Positions 1 through 9,247 of a stretch of 64,000 nt of DNA are shown here, one piece after another; position 1 is the stretch's first letter; the number at the start of each line of letters is the position of its first letter. Made by a program: the position numbers and the translations under genes. The notes under the pieces were generated by a model. It was not told where the DNA came from. It saw only the letters and a program-made list of their open reading frames with translations, and ran no database searches. Source of the DNA: Candidatus Methanomethylicia archaeon (lineage in GTDB: Archaea; Thermoproteota; Methanomethylicia; Culexarchaeales; Culexarchaeaceae); the NCBI GenBank assembly GCA_038727515.1, contig JAVYVS010000003.1, forward strand, positions 32,001-96,000. Direction: 5' to 3'.

Positions 1-220
1 AAGCTCTAATAAAAGTATTAAATTGATTTAAATCTAAAAGGCTTTCAAAAACTATTTTACCACTATAGCTATCAATTTTACTTCGCTTAGGATAAATCCT
101 CAAAGCCACATTAATAGATCTACCTACAACCCTAAAACATAGAAAGACAGAATACTTCTCACATAACTTTAAAGGCATTATAAATCCCTTCCCATCATTA
201 TCCCATCTAATAATAGACAA
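1..220 (-). CDS. hypothetical protein, runs off the window (MSIIRWDNDGKGFIMPLKLCEK...)
   Basis: Own translation: frame open from TTG at 220 to window start, GGTGGGTGA SD overlapping the upstream stop; not in ORF track. Confidence 0.6.
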   Translation of the reverse strand, partial: MSIIRWDNDGKGFIMPLKLCEKYSVFLCFRVVGRSINVALRIYPKRSKIDSYSGKIVFESLLDLNQFNTFIRA

Positions 221-221
221 T

Positions 222-1550
222 TCACCCACCTCTAACCCTTGAATAATCTTCTAATACAGATGCACCCATTGGTGAAAGCCTAACATAATACCTCCCATCA
301 CGATGCATACTTTCAAAAACTAACCCATAAACTAGAAGAATGGTTAAAATCTTCTTAGCCTCCTGAGAATCAATACCTAAAACACTCGTAATATAACCAA
401 TCACCAAATCCCTCTCAACAGTTCCTTGAGATAAAAATGATAAAATGTTATGAGCTAAATCAGCCTTTGAACCAAAAAGTTTCTCCAAAATACTTGGGGA
501 AACAGGTTTAGATATACCAAGTTCATCAACAACATCAAATTCACCTTTAAATTCAGGTTTTAAACTATAATTAACAACTTTAATATCACCATTAATAAAA
601 CATAAAAAGAATCTCTCGTTATCAAGAAACTTTAGAAATTTAAGGTCATTAAAATCAACCGTAAATAAACGCATAATAGAATCAAAATACTCCATGCAAC
701 TTGGAAGAGGTGAAAAAGAGATGTCCAAAATAGACCTAATCCTAGAACTTAATGATACAGGATTTTCACATGACAATAACGTAATACCAGAATTCCTAGA
801 TTTAATTAGATCATAAAAAATCATTGAACGTTCAAAGGATATTGCATACTCTTCACGTAAAGCTCTAACTAAAGCTGGAGCTAGTAAATCAACATCTTCA
901 ATTAATAAAAGATCAAAAATCTTAGAAAACCTATGGAGAATTAAAAGAGAAGAAAATACTCTGAACTCTACCGGAAGATGACTAATATCAACCACGAATA
1001 AACCAGAATCTAAATTTGAAAAACCATAATAAGAGTTAAATGAAGAACCTACACGTCCCATAAGCATTAAATCTAGAAATCTAATTAGACGATGAACAGT
1101 AAAACGTGATCCGGGAAAATTACCTTGAGATTCTACTTCTAAAATAATATCTTTAATTGTTGGATTAAAATTACCCTTACCAATCAAATTTGTAATGGCA
1201 AATTGAAGTAATCTAGCAGAATCTTCACTTAAATGAAAACTTAATCTAAAAATGTCAACAATAAATTTAACGTCGGAATAAGCATCATCAGACTTAAATG
1301 TAAATGGGTTTATAGAAGCATTAAATCCAAGCTTTAATAATTTAAAATTAGTGAAAGTATTGCCAAGATACTTATATAAACCATGGGGATCAACTACTAA
1401 ACAATTCTCCCAATCACTGCAGTCAATCACAGAACAATTGATCATAAATCTCTTCTTAAGAGCACCAAAAGACCCGAGCAGTAAAGCATCACAATCAAGC
1501 AATAAACTACATAAATCAATAATTTCAAAATTAGAAGAATTATCAAACAA
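222..1550 (-). CDS. HerA/VirB4(DUF87, CedB)-like ATPase-fold protein with degenerate Walker motifs and C-terminal wHTH-like domain
   Basis: LLLGSFGALKK (degenerate Walker A), LVVDPHGLY, SINPF, PTIKDI, VVDISHL, LLLIEDVD (Walker B position). Confidence 0.55.
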   Translation of the reverse strand: MFDNSSNFEIIDLCSLLLDCDALLLGSFGALKKRFMINCSVIDCSDWENCLVVDPHGLYKYLGNTFTNFKLLKLGFNASINPFTFKSDDAYSDVKFIVDIFRLSFHLSEDSARLLQFAITNLIGKGNFNPTIKDIILEVESQGNFPGSRFTVHRLIRFLDLMLMGRVGSSFNSYYGFSNLDSGLFVVDISHLPVEFRVFSSLLILHRFSKIFDLLLIEDVDLLAPALVRALREEYAISFERSMIFYDLIKSRNSGITLLSCENPVSLSSRIRSILDISFSPLPSCMEYFDSIMRLFTVDFNDLKFLKFLDNERFFLCFINGDIKVVNYSLKPEFKGEFDVVDELGISKPVSPSILEKLFGSKADLAHNILSFLSQGTVERDLVIGYITSVLGIDSQEAKKILTILLVYGLVFESMHRDGRYYVRLSPMGASVLEDYSRVRGG

Positions 1551-2154
1551 TTTTTACACACCTCAAATTACCATTAAAATTTAGGAAATTTTTTAAGATC
1601 TCATCTCCACTCATAATCTTAACATCTCTAGCAGGTATGGAGATAGATAATGAATTTATTAATTCAAGAATTTTTGAAATCACAGAATCCCTATTGTAAA
1701 AATTAAATTTAGCATTGATAATTAAGAAATATAATTCACCAGAATCTTTACCACCTTTTAAAACAAGATAGTATTCATATGGGATTCCAAGTAATATATT
1801 CCTCAAAAAGTTAGAATCTCTAATCGTGGAAAATGATAATCCACCATAAACATTAGAAAAACCAAATGACCCAAATATCACCAATAAATTTTCAAGAACT
1901 TCCAATTCAATTGAAAACTTAAAATTTCTACCATGACCTAAATTTATCTTTCTAAAAAGGATTTCTCTAGAAACTTTATGAGGATTAGAATTATTAAATG
2001 AGGAGGATACCCTACTCTTCCTCATGAAATTGAAGAAATAAAGAGAAGAGTATAGTAAAAACAAGATTATTGAAATATTCACATTAATAGGGATAAATAT
2101 TAGAGCTAATAGTGGGAGAATAAACTTAAGGGGCATGATAAAGAGTATATCCAT
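1543..2154 (-). CDS. membrane-anchored hypothetical protein, coupled to the ATPase-like gene
   Basis: Hydrophobic N-terminal ~40 aa; 8-nt overlap with the downstream gene. Confidence 0.65.
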   Translation of the reverse strand: MDILFIMPLKFILPLLALIFIPINVNISIILFLLYSSLYFFNFMRKSRVSSSFNNSNPHKVSREILFRKINLGHGRNFKFSIELEVLENLLVIFGSFGFSNVYGGLSFSTIRDSNFLRNILLGIPYEYYLVLKGGKDSGELYFLIINAKFNFYNRDSVISKILELINSLSISIPARDVKIMSGDEILKNFLNFNGNLRCVKIV

Positions 2155-2237
2155 AGAGATTGAAAAACATATTTTAGATGTACGTCGAAATCGGTTAAAA
2201 ACGAAAAATGAATAACTAATTTAATACGAATATTTAT

Positions 2238-2882
2238 TTGGATGCAAGAAAAATGAATGATAACGTAAGTATTGAAGATTTAAAGGTTTTAAGTGAAGAA
2301 ACAAGATTAAAAATATTATTACTAATTAATGAGAAGGGGGAACTAGGATTAAATGAACTTTCAAATATGACGAAAAGAGCTAAATCAACAATATCAGAAC
2401 ATTTAAAAATATTATTAGAAAATGGATTCATAGAAAGGATACGTATTGAAAAAGGATACTACTATAAACTTACGGAGAAGGGGAGAAAGATTTTAGAAAA
2501 CATACAAATAGAGGGAAGAATCTCGAAAATATCTGAAGGGAAAATGTTTAGATGGGAAATTGATGTTGAAACCATAAGATTAGAAGTATTTATACCGCTA
2601 TTAACCGGAATTTCAATGATTTTTCTAAGTGGAATACCAAGAATAGCGATACTATTATCCATAATTAATGGATTTATACTAGGGATATTAGACCTAAAAA
2701 TAAGAGATTTAATAAAGGGGGGAATAATATTTTCATGTACAACAGCAGTAATAGCGGCAATTAAAATAGGTATAATGGAAATGTTAATCACATTCATTGC
2801 ATCAATAATAATATATATGTGTGTTGGAGGATTTACATGGATAACTATTAAAACAATTGCTAAATGGGTGAGGGAAAAATAA
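2238..2882 (+). CDS. ArsR-family wHTH regulator with C-terminal transmembrane helices
   Basis: LKVLSEETRLKILLL...KSTISEHLKILLENGFI...YYKLTEKG, then ~4 hydrophobic segments. Confidence 0.8.
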   Translation: MDARKMNDNVSIEDLKVLSEETRLKILLLINEKGELGLNELSNMTKRAKSTISEHLKILLENGFIERIRIEKGYYYKLTEKGRKILENIQIEGRISKISEGKMFRWEIDVETIRLEVFIPLLTGISMIFLSGIPRIAILLSIINGFILGILDLKIRDLIKGGIIFSCTTAVIAAIKIGIMEMLITFIASIIIYMCVGGFTWITIKTIAKWVREK

Positions 2883-3067
2883 TGGTTAGGACATGCCCAG
2901 AATGTGGAGGAGAAATGTACTACGATAGAAAGGGATTCTTCGTATGCCTAAAATGTGGATTGACAATATCCAAATTTGATCAAACACAAAAAGATTGGAA
3001 AAATGAGGAAGGAAAAGAAGATCGTAAACGAGAATATCTTAAATGGTGGCTAAGTTCTAAAAAGTAA
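2882..3067 (+). CDS. small zinc-ribbon protein
   Basis: CPECGG...CLKCG; ATG overlaps the previous TAA (TAATG). Confidence 0.75.
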   Translation: MVRTCPECGGEMYYDRKGFFVCLKCGLTISKFDQTQKDWKNEEGKEDRKREYLKWWLSSKK

Positions 3068-3101
3068 ATTTGCAAGCGAGATAGCTTAGGATGGGGAGAA
3101 G

Positions 3102-3875
3102 ATGGTAGTGGAGATAATAAGTATAGGTGAAGAATTGTTAATAGGAAAAGTTGTAAATACGAATGCCTCATGGATTGCAAAAAGAATGATGGAAATGGGT
3201 TTAAAAGTTAGAAGGATAGTTACAGTTGGCGATGACATAGATGAAATTGTTTCAGCAATACAAGATTCAATAAGAAGAGGAGCAAAAATTATAGTAACAA
3301 CAGGGGGCTTAGGTCCAACTTTTGACGATAAAACTATGGAAGCAATATCAAAAGCTACAAATAGACCATTAAAACTTGAAAATGAAGTGTTAATGGAAAT
3401 AGAGGAAAAACTTAGGAAAAGGGGTAGAAAGTTAAGTGAAGCTGCAAAAAAGATGGCATATGTACCTGAAGGAAGCAAAATAATACATAACAATATTGGA
3501 ACTGCGCCAGGAATAATATTAGATTATAACAATGCAAAGATAATAGCTCTACCAGGAGTACCAGAGGAAATGGAGAATATGTTTGAAACAGAAGTTGTAA
3601 AAATGATAAAGTTTGAAGGGAAGTTTCAAGAAACAGAATTTTTAATATATAATGTTACAGAATCAGAATTGGCTCAAACAATAATTGAACTTATGAGAGA
3701 AATACCAAATATATACATAAAATCACATCCAATAATAAGTACTGAAGATAAAATTTCACTAAAACTTCACATTTACAGTACAAGTTATGATGAAGAATCT
3801 TGGAGGAAGATTATTGATGAAATAAGAAATAAAATTATAGAGAAACATAACTATTGCGAAATAAGGGGAATATAA
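3102..3875 (+). CDS. CinA N-terminal-like / molybdopterin-binding-domain protein
   Basis: IGEELLIGKVVNTNA, TGGLGPTFDDKT, GTAPG, LPGVPEEM. Confidence 0.9.
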   Translation: MVVEIISIGEELLIGKVVNTNASWIAKRMMEMGLKVRRIVTVGDDIDEIVSAIQDSIRRGAKIIVTTGGLGPTFDDKTMEAISKATNRPLKLENEVLMEIEEKLRKRGRKLSEAAKKMAYVPEGSKIIHNNIGTAPGIILDYNNAKIIALPGVPEEMENMFETEVVKMIKFEGKFQETEFLIYNVTESELAQTIIELMREIPNIYIKSHPIISTEDKISLKLHIYSTSYDEESWRKIIDEIRNKIIEKHNYCEIRGI

Positions 3876-4628
3876 ATGTATACTATAATGTTAATTGGAA
3901 CAGCTGGATCCGGTAAAAGTACGTTAACATATACATTGTCACAATGGCTTGAAGATAATGATAAGTATACTGGGATAATAAATTTAGATCCGGGAGTAAG
4001 GTGGCTACCTTATACACCAGACATAGACATAAGAGAATACATAGACCTAGAGCATATAATGAGTAAATATGAGCTTGGACCTAATGGAGCTTTAATAGCT
4101 TCTGTAGATATGATGATAAACTATATAAAGGAGATAAGGGAGGAGATAAGAAATTCAAATTATGAGTATATAATAGTGGATACACCAGGACAAATGGAGC
4201 TATTTGCCTTTAGAACTGTAGGACCTCAAATAATATCGAAAATATCAGAAGATAATTTACTAATATTGTTCTTGATAGATGCTATATTCACAATTAAACC
4301 AAGTGATTTTGTATCAGCTTTACTATTAGCAACATCAGTCCACTACAGATTTTTAAAACCTCAGATAAATGTAATATCAAAAGCAGATTTATTAAGTGAA
4401 CAAAGGAAAAGTAAAATTGAAGAATGGATAGAAGACCCAGAAACATTGAAAATGGATATGATGTCAGAAGATAGTACATTACAGAGAGAGATGAGTGAGA
4501 GATTAGTGGATCTAATTAGTAGTGAAATGTTTATGGATATAGTGTTCACATCATCTTTTACAGCAGAAGGTGGAGATGCACTACTTGGGAGAATAGAGAG
4601 AATATTTGGAAAAACAATAATAGATTGA
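3876..4628 (+). CDS. GPN-loop GTPase
   Basis: GTAGSGKS, NLDPG, LGPNG, DTPGQME. Confidence 0.95.
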   Translation: MYTIMLIGTAGSGKSTLTYTLSQWLEDNDKYTGIINLDPGVRWLPYTPDIDIREYIDLEHIMSKYELGPNGALIASVDMMINYIKEIREEIRNSNYEYIIVDTPGQMELFAFRTVGPQIISKISEDNLLILFLIDAIFTIKPSDFVSALLLATSVHYRFLKPQINVISKADLLSEQRKSKIEEWIEDPETLKMDMMSEDSTLQREMSERLVDLISSEMFMDIVFTSSFTAEGGDALLGRIERIFGKTIID

Positions 4629-4674
4629 CAAACCTTTTAAAATGGGAAGTAAACACTGAATAGGGTGATATGAA

Positions 4675-5370
4675 ATGAGTGTAGCCGCTCAAATCATCGA
4701 CAACGCCATAAAAGAGGGGAGAAAATACTTAATGGAACATGAAGCAAAAAGCATATGCTCACAATATGGAATAAATGTTACAAAGTTTAGAGTAGCTAAA
4801 GACCTTGATCAAGCATTAGAATTTTCTAGAGAAATAGGATACCCCGTTGTATTCAAAATAGTATCCCCAGATATAATTCATAAAAGTGATGTAGGTGGAG
4901 TAATAATAAACATAAAGAATGATGAAGAAGCAAAAAATGCATATAAGAAGATAATGGATAATGTTAAAAAACACAATCCAAATGCCAAGATAGTGGGAAT
5001 ACTAGTACAAGAGATGGCGCCAGCAGGATTAGAAGTTATAATAGGAGGAATAAAGGATCCACAATTTGGACATGCAATAATGTTTGGTTTAGGAGGCATA
5101 TTCGTAGAAATATTAAAAGATGTAACATTTAGGATCGTTCCAATAACTAGGGAAGATGCAGAAGAAATGATAAGAGAAATAAGGGGATATCCATTATTAA
5201 AAGGTTATAGAGGACAGCCTCCAGTAGATGAAAATGCAATAATAGAAGCATTAATGAAAACATCAAAACTATTAATGGACTTCCCAAAAATAGAACAATT
5301 AGACTTAAACCCAATATTCGCATATGAAAAAGGGATAAAAGTCATTGATGCGAGGATAATACTAGAATGA
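4675..5370 (+). CDS. acdB: ADP-forming acyl-CoA synthetase beta subunit (ATP-grasp)
   Basis: KIVSPDIIHKSDVGGV, DPQFG, FGLGGIFVE, LDLNP. Confidence 0.9.
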   Translation: MSVAAQIIDNAIKEGRKYLMEHEAKSICSQYGINVTKFRVAKDLDQALEFSREIGYPVVFKIVSPDIIHKSDVGGVIINIKNDEEAKNAYKKIMDNVKKHNPNAKIVGILVQEMAPAGLEVIIGGIKDPQFGHAIMFGLGGIFVEILKDVTFRIVPITREDAEEMIREIRGYPLLKGYRGQPPVDENAIIEALMKTSKLLMDFPKIEQLDLNPIFAYEKGIKVIDARIILE

Positions 5371-6209
5371 ATGAAGAAGAAATACTAAGAGAAATCTATG
5401 AATTAAAGGAAAAATACAAGAGACTTGAGGAGGAGAGAATTAAAGTAGTAACTGAAAAAGCAAAAATATCAAAGGAAATAGAAGAAGTAAAAATTAAATT
5501 AAACAATGAATATCAAAAGAAAAATGAATTAAAATCAAAAATATTGGAAAAAATTAACATTAAAAGGGATTTAATCCAACAATTAAAGAATAATAGAGAA
5601 GAACTTGATAAGTTGATGAGGGAGAGAGAAGAAGCATTAAACCAAATAAGAGGGGCAACCATAAGAGAAGTCAATGAAGAAGATATAAAGAAGAAGATAG
5701 AAGAATGGGAATGGTACCAGCAAACAAACCCCCTACCCAAAGAAAAGGAGAAAGAAGTTATAGAGAGAATTGCTGAATTAAATAAAATTTTAAAAAATAT
5801 AAGGAGAATAAGTAATGCAAAAAAGAGATTTGCAGAAATAAAAGGTGAAATAGAGAGAAAAATTAAAGAGAAAAATCAATTAAAAGAAAAGATTAATGAA
5901 ATAAATAAGGAAATAAATGAAATAAACAAAAGTAAGAAAGAAATAGAAGCAAAAATTGAAGTTTTAAAAGAGGAAAAGAGAAAACTTTCAGAAAAGATAA
6001 ATGAAGTAATAAATGAGGAAAAGAAAATTAAAGAAAAACTATTGGAGTTACAAATAGAGTTTAACAAATTAAAATTCTTAAAGAGAAGAGAAGAAGAAAT
6101 TAAGGTCATGATGGAAATAGCTAAAAGAGCTCGTGAAAAACTTAATAGAGGAGAAAAATTGAGTTTTGAAGAATTTAAAGCATTAATGGAAGTGGAAGAA
6201 CATAAGTAA
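5367..6209 (+). CDS. archaeal coiled-coil protein (COG1340-like)
   Basis: Long E/K-rich heptads, central EWYQQTNPLPKEKE, C-terminal GEKLSFEEF. Confidence 0.75.
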   Translation: MNEEEILREIYELKEKYKRLEEERIKVVTEKAKISKEIEEVKIKLNNEYQKKNELKSKILEKINIKRDLIQQLKNNREELDKLMREREEALNQIRGATIREVNEEDIKKKIEEWEWYQQTNPLPKEKEKEVIERIAELNKILKNIRRISNAKKRFAEIKGEIERKIKEKNQLKEKINEINKEINEINKSKKEIEAKIEVLKEEKRKLSEKINEVINEEKKIKEKLLELQIEFNKLKFLKRREEEIKVMMEIAKRAREKLNRGEKLSFEEFKALMEVEEHK

Positions 6210-6251
6210 TTATAAGCAACTTAAACATATATTTTCACGGTAGTATAGTAA

Positions 6252-7358
6252 ATGATGAAAGATGCAAAAGAGAAGATACTAATTATATGTGTAGATAAAG
6301 ATAATGATATTGGTAGAATAACTAGAATTAAAACCCCCATAGTGGGTAGAGAGAAGAATATTGAAGCAGCAGTAAAATTTGCTGTATCTTCACCAGAAGA
6401 TTCTGATGTAAATGCTTTATTTGCAGCCATAAAGACATATGATGAAATAAAAAGTAGTAATATAGATTGTGAGATAGCAACGTTATCAGGAGAAGCAGAA
6501 GGTGGATTAAAATCAGATATAAAGATAGTTAATGAACTAAATGAAGTCTTAAGCATGTATCAAGCAACAGGCGCCATATTTGTAAGTGATGGAGCAGCTG
6601 ATGAACTAATAATACCAATAATACAATCAAAAATACCAATAGTATCGGTGAAGAGAGTTATAATACAGCAAGAGAGGGGGGTTGAAGAGACATATATAGT
6701 TTTAGCTAGATACTTAAGGAAGATAATTGAAGAATCGCATTATGCAAGAATTTTCTTAGGAGTGCCAGGGATAATCTTCCTATTATTAGCAATATTATAT
6801 GCAGCTGGGTACTCACAATATGCTGGAATTGGGGCTCTATTCATGGTTGGATTAGCATTTGTAATACGTGGATTCTCCATAGACACATATGTAATAACGT
6901 GGTTAAAATCTTCACCTGCAATATTCTTCTCAAGTTTAATGGGGATAATAACAATAGTTGTATCTACCTATCTAGGTGTTGGAAAAGTTTTATCTGAAAT
7001 AGCTATAAATCCAACTTTAACTAGAAATATAGCTGTAATATCTGGAATATTCCTAGATGTAGTAAGTGATATGATCCTTATAAGTGCAGCAATAATTTCA
7101 TGTGGAAGGTTAATAGATAAAATTTTGAGGAAAAGTGGAAAACTATGGCATAATATAGTAAGCTTAACGTTTATAGCAACTATTAGACCACTATTAAGGG
7201 AAGTTGCAGATACATTAATTAAACAAGAGTATTCAATAGAGAAGTTAATAACACCATTGATAATACCAACGATATCAACCATAATCCTAATAATATCCTT
7301 TACATTAATGGAAGAACTGGGGAGGAGGACTATTGGAAGAAAGGAAGTTAAACATTAA
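6252..7358 (+). CDS. DUF373 family membrane protein
   Basis: ICVDKDNDIG, PEDSDVNA, VSDGAADE, C-terminal TM helices. Confidence 0.85.
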   Translation: MMKDAKEKILIICVDKDNDIGRITRIKTPIVGREKNIEAAVKFAVSSPEDSDVNALFAAIKTYDEIKSSNIDCEIATLSGEAEGGLKSDIKIVNELNEVLSMYQATGAIFVSDGAADELIIPIIQSKIPIVSVKRVIIQQERGVEETYIVLARYLRKIIEESHYARIFLGVPGIIFLLLAILYAAGYSQYAGIGALFMVGLAFVIRGFSIDTYVITWLKSSPAIFFSSLMGIITIVVSTYLGVGKVLSEIAINPTLTRNIAVISGIFLDVVSDMILISAAIISCGRLIDKILRKSGKLWHNIVSLTFIATIRPLLREVADTLIKQEYSIEKLITPLIIPTISTIILIISFTLMEELGRRTIGRKEVKH

Positions 7359-8097
7359 AATAGGTGTTATAGGTGGATCGGGATTTGAAGAAGCCTTTGA
7401 AGGTGATAAAATTAAAGTTAAAACTCCCTATGGTGAAGTAAATTTAAAAATTGGAGTTTTTGGAGATAGAGAAGTAGCATTTATACATAGACATGGAGAG
7501 AAACATGAGATACCACCACATAGAGTAAATTATAGGGGTAATATATGGGCATTAAAAGAAATTGGAGTAGAGAGAATAATAGCTACAAACGCTGTTGGAG
7601 GAATAAGAGAAGGCATATCTCCAGGAGATATATTGATACCACATGATTTCATAGATTTCACAAAAAGCAGAATAGGAACATTTTATAATGATGAAGCTAT
7701 ACATGTAGATGTATCAGAACCATACTGTCCAGAAATTAGAAGAATAATTTTAGAATGTATAAAAGGGGTTAACATAAGGGTGTGGGATAAAGGGGTCTAT
7801 GTATGCACGGAGGGACCTAGATTTGAAACACCATCAGAAATAAGGATGTTCAGACTTTTAGGTGCAGACGTCGTTGGAATGACCGGAGTACCTGAAGTTG
7901 TTCTTGCAAGAGAATTAAAGATGTGTTATGCTTCGATATGTATAGTAACGAATTATGCTGCAGGATTACAGAAGAGAGTAACACAAGAAGAAGTTAATAA
8001 AATAATGAGGAAAAGAGTAGATGTAGTTTTATCAATTATGAAAAATGTAATTCAAAGAATACCAATAGAACGTAAAAAATGTGAATGTGGATTGTAA
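7333..8097 (+). CDS. mtnP: 5'-methylthioadenosine/purine nucleoside phosphorylase
   Basis: IGVIGGSG, HRHG, EGPRFET, VGMT, VTNYAAG. Confidence 0.9.
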   Translation: MEERKLNIKIGVIGGSGFEEAFEGDKIKVKTPYGEVNLKIGVFGDREVAFIHRHGEKHEIPPHRVNYRGNIWALKEIGVERIIATNAVGGIREGISPGDILIPHDFIDFTKSRIGTFYNDEAIHVDVSEPYCPEIRRIILECIKGVNIRVWDKGVYVCTEGPRFETPSEIRMFRLLGADVVGMTGVPEVVLARELKMCYASICIVTNYAAGLQKRVTQEEVNKIMRKRVDVVLSIMKNVIQRIPIERKKCECGL

Positions 8098-8106
8098 GGT
8101 GGAGAT

Positions 8107-9192
8107 TTAAAATAAAATTCTATCCAAACTATTTAGAATTTCACACCTATCTTCACGTACTACAACCATATCCTCTAATCTAACACCGCCAAATCCTCTA
8201 ATGTATATACCTGGTTCTATCGTTACTACATTACCAACTGATAGAAGCGAATTATTCCTTGAATTTAAACCAGGCTCTTCATGAACTGCTAATCCAACCC
8301 CATGACCTAAACTATGAGTGAAATACTTTCCATAACCATACTTCTCAATAACCTTCCTAGCAATTTCATCAACTTCAGCTCCAGTAACTTTAGTAGATAT
8401 TTTGCTAATAGCTGCATCCATAGCTTCAATTATAACATCAAAAATCTTCTTAGTAGATTCATTAACAGAATCGAAAACAATAGTTCTAGTAATATCAGAA
8501 CAATATCCATAATACTTAGCGCCAACATCAATAACTATTAAATCCCCACTTTTAATTCGCCTATCAGTTGTGGATCCATGTGGATATGCTGAGCGAGGAC
8601 CAGAAGCTACAATGGTATTAAATGCATATCCTTCTGCACCATATTTCCTCATTGCATACTCAATTTCACCAGCCAATTCAATTTCACTCATATCTTCATG
8701 TATCTTTTCAAGAGCATATTTAATGCTATTTTCAGTAATTCTTAAAGCTCTTCTAATAAGTTCAATTTCTTCAGGGTCTTTAATTGATCTTACTTGTAAT
8801 ACACATTGTGAAAAATCTGTAAATTCAGGGATTTCAAGCCTCTTAGAGAGAGTTGAATATAATTCTATAGTAATATATTGACGTTCTAATGCAACATTCT
8901 TCTTAGGAAATTCATTCAAAATAGAACATATAATATCAGAAAAACTTAGATCGGCTTTCATAGCTATAGTTTTACCAAGCTTAAAAGTTTCATCAGCTTC
9001 ATCAAATTCCAATTCTGGAACCACAAGAACGGGATCGCTATCCGGTCTTAAAATCAGCGCTCTACCCCTTGGAAAACCAGTTAGATAGTAAATATTTAAG
9101 TTATTAAAAACTATTGCAACATCAATACCTCTTTCAATCATTTTCTTCCCAACAATAGACAATCGCTTTTTAAAATGCTTATCTGAAATCAT
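8107..9192 (-). CDS. pepQ: Xaa-Pro peptidase (M24)
   Basis: YCSDITRT, HSLGHGVGLAVHEEP, TIEPGIY, GVRLED. Confidence 0.9.
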   Translation of the reverse strand: MISDKHFKKRLSIVGKKMIERGIDVAIVFNNLNIYYLTGFPRGRALILRPDSDPVLVVPELEFDEADETFKLGKTIAMKADLSFSDIICSILNEFPKKNVALERQYITIELYSTLSKRLEIPEFTDFSQCVLQVRSIKDPEEIELIRRALRITENSIKYALEKIHEDMSEIELAGEIEYAMRKYGAEGYAFNTIVASGPRSAYPHGSTTDRRIKSGDLIVIDVGAKYYGYCSDITRTIVFDSVNESTKKIFDVIIEAMDAAISKISTKVTGAEVDEIARKVIEKYGYGKYFTHSLGHGVGLAVHEEPGLNSRNNSLLSVGNVVTIEPGIYIRGFGGVRLEDMVVVREDRCEILNSLDRILF

Positions 9193-9247
9193 TGAAAACC
9201 CAAATACTATTACATGAATATTGTAAATTTAAAGATTGCACCCAATT

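Noticed and set aside
5367-6209. Low-complexity GAA/AAA periodicity
   Set aside because: Explained by the E/K-rich coiled-coil protein, not a DNA repeat
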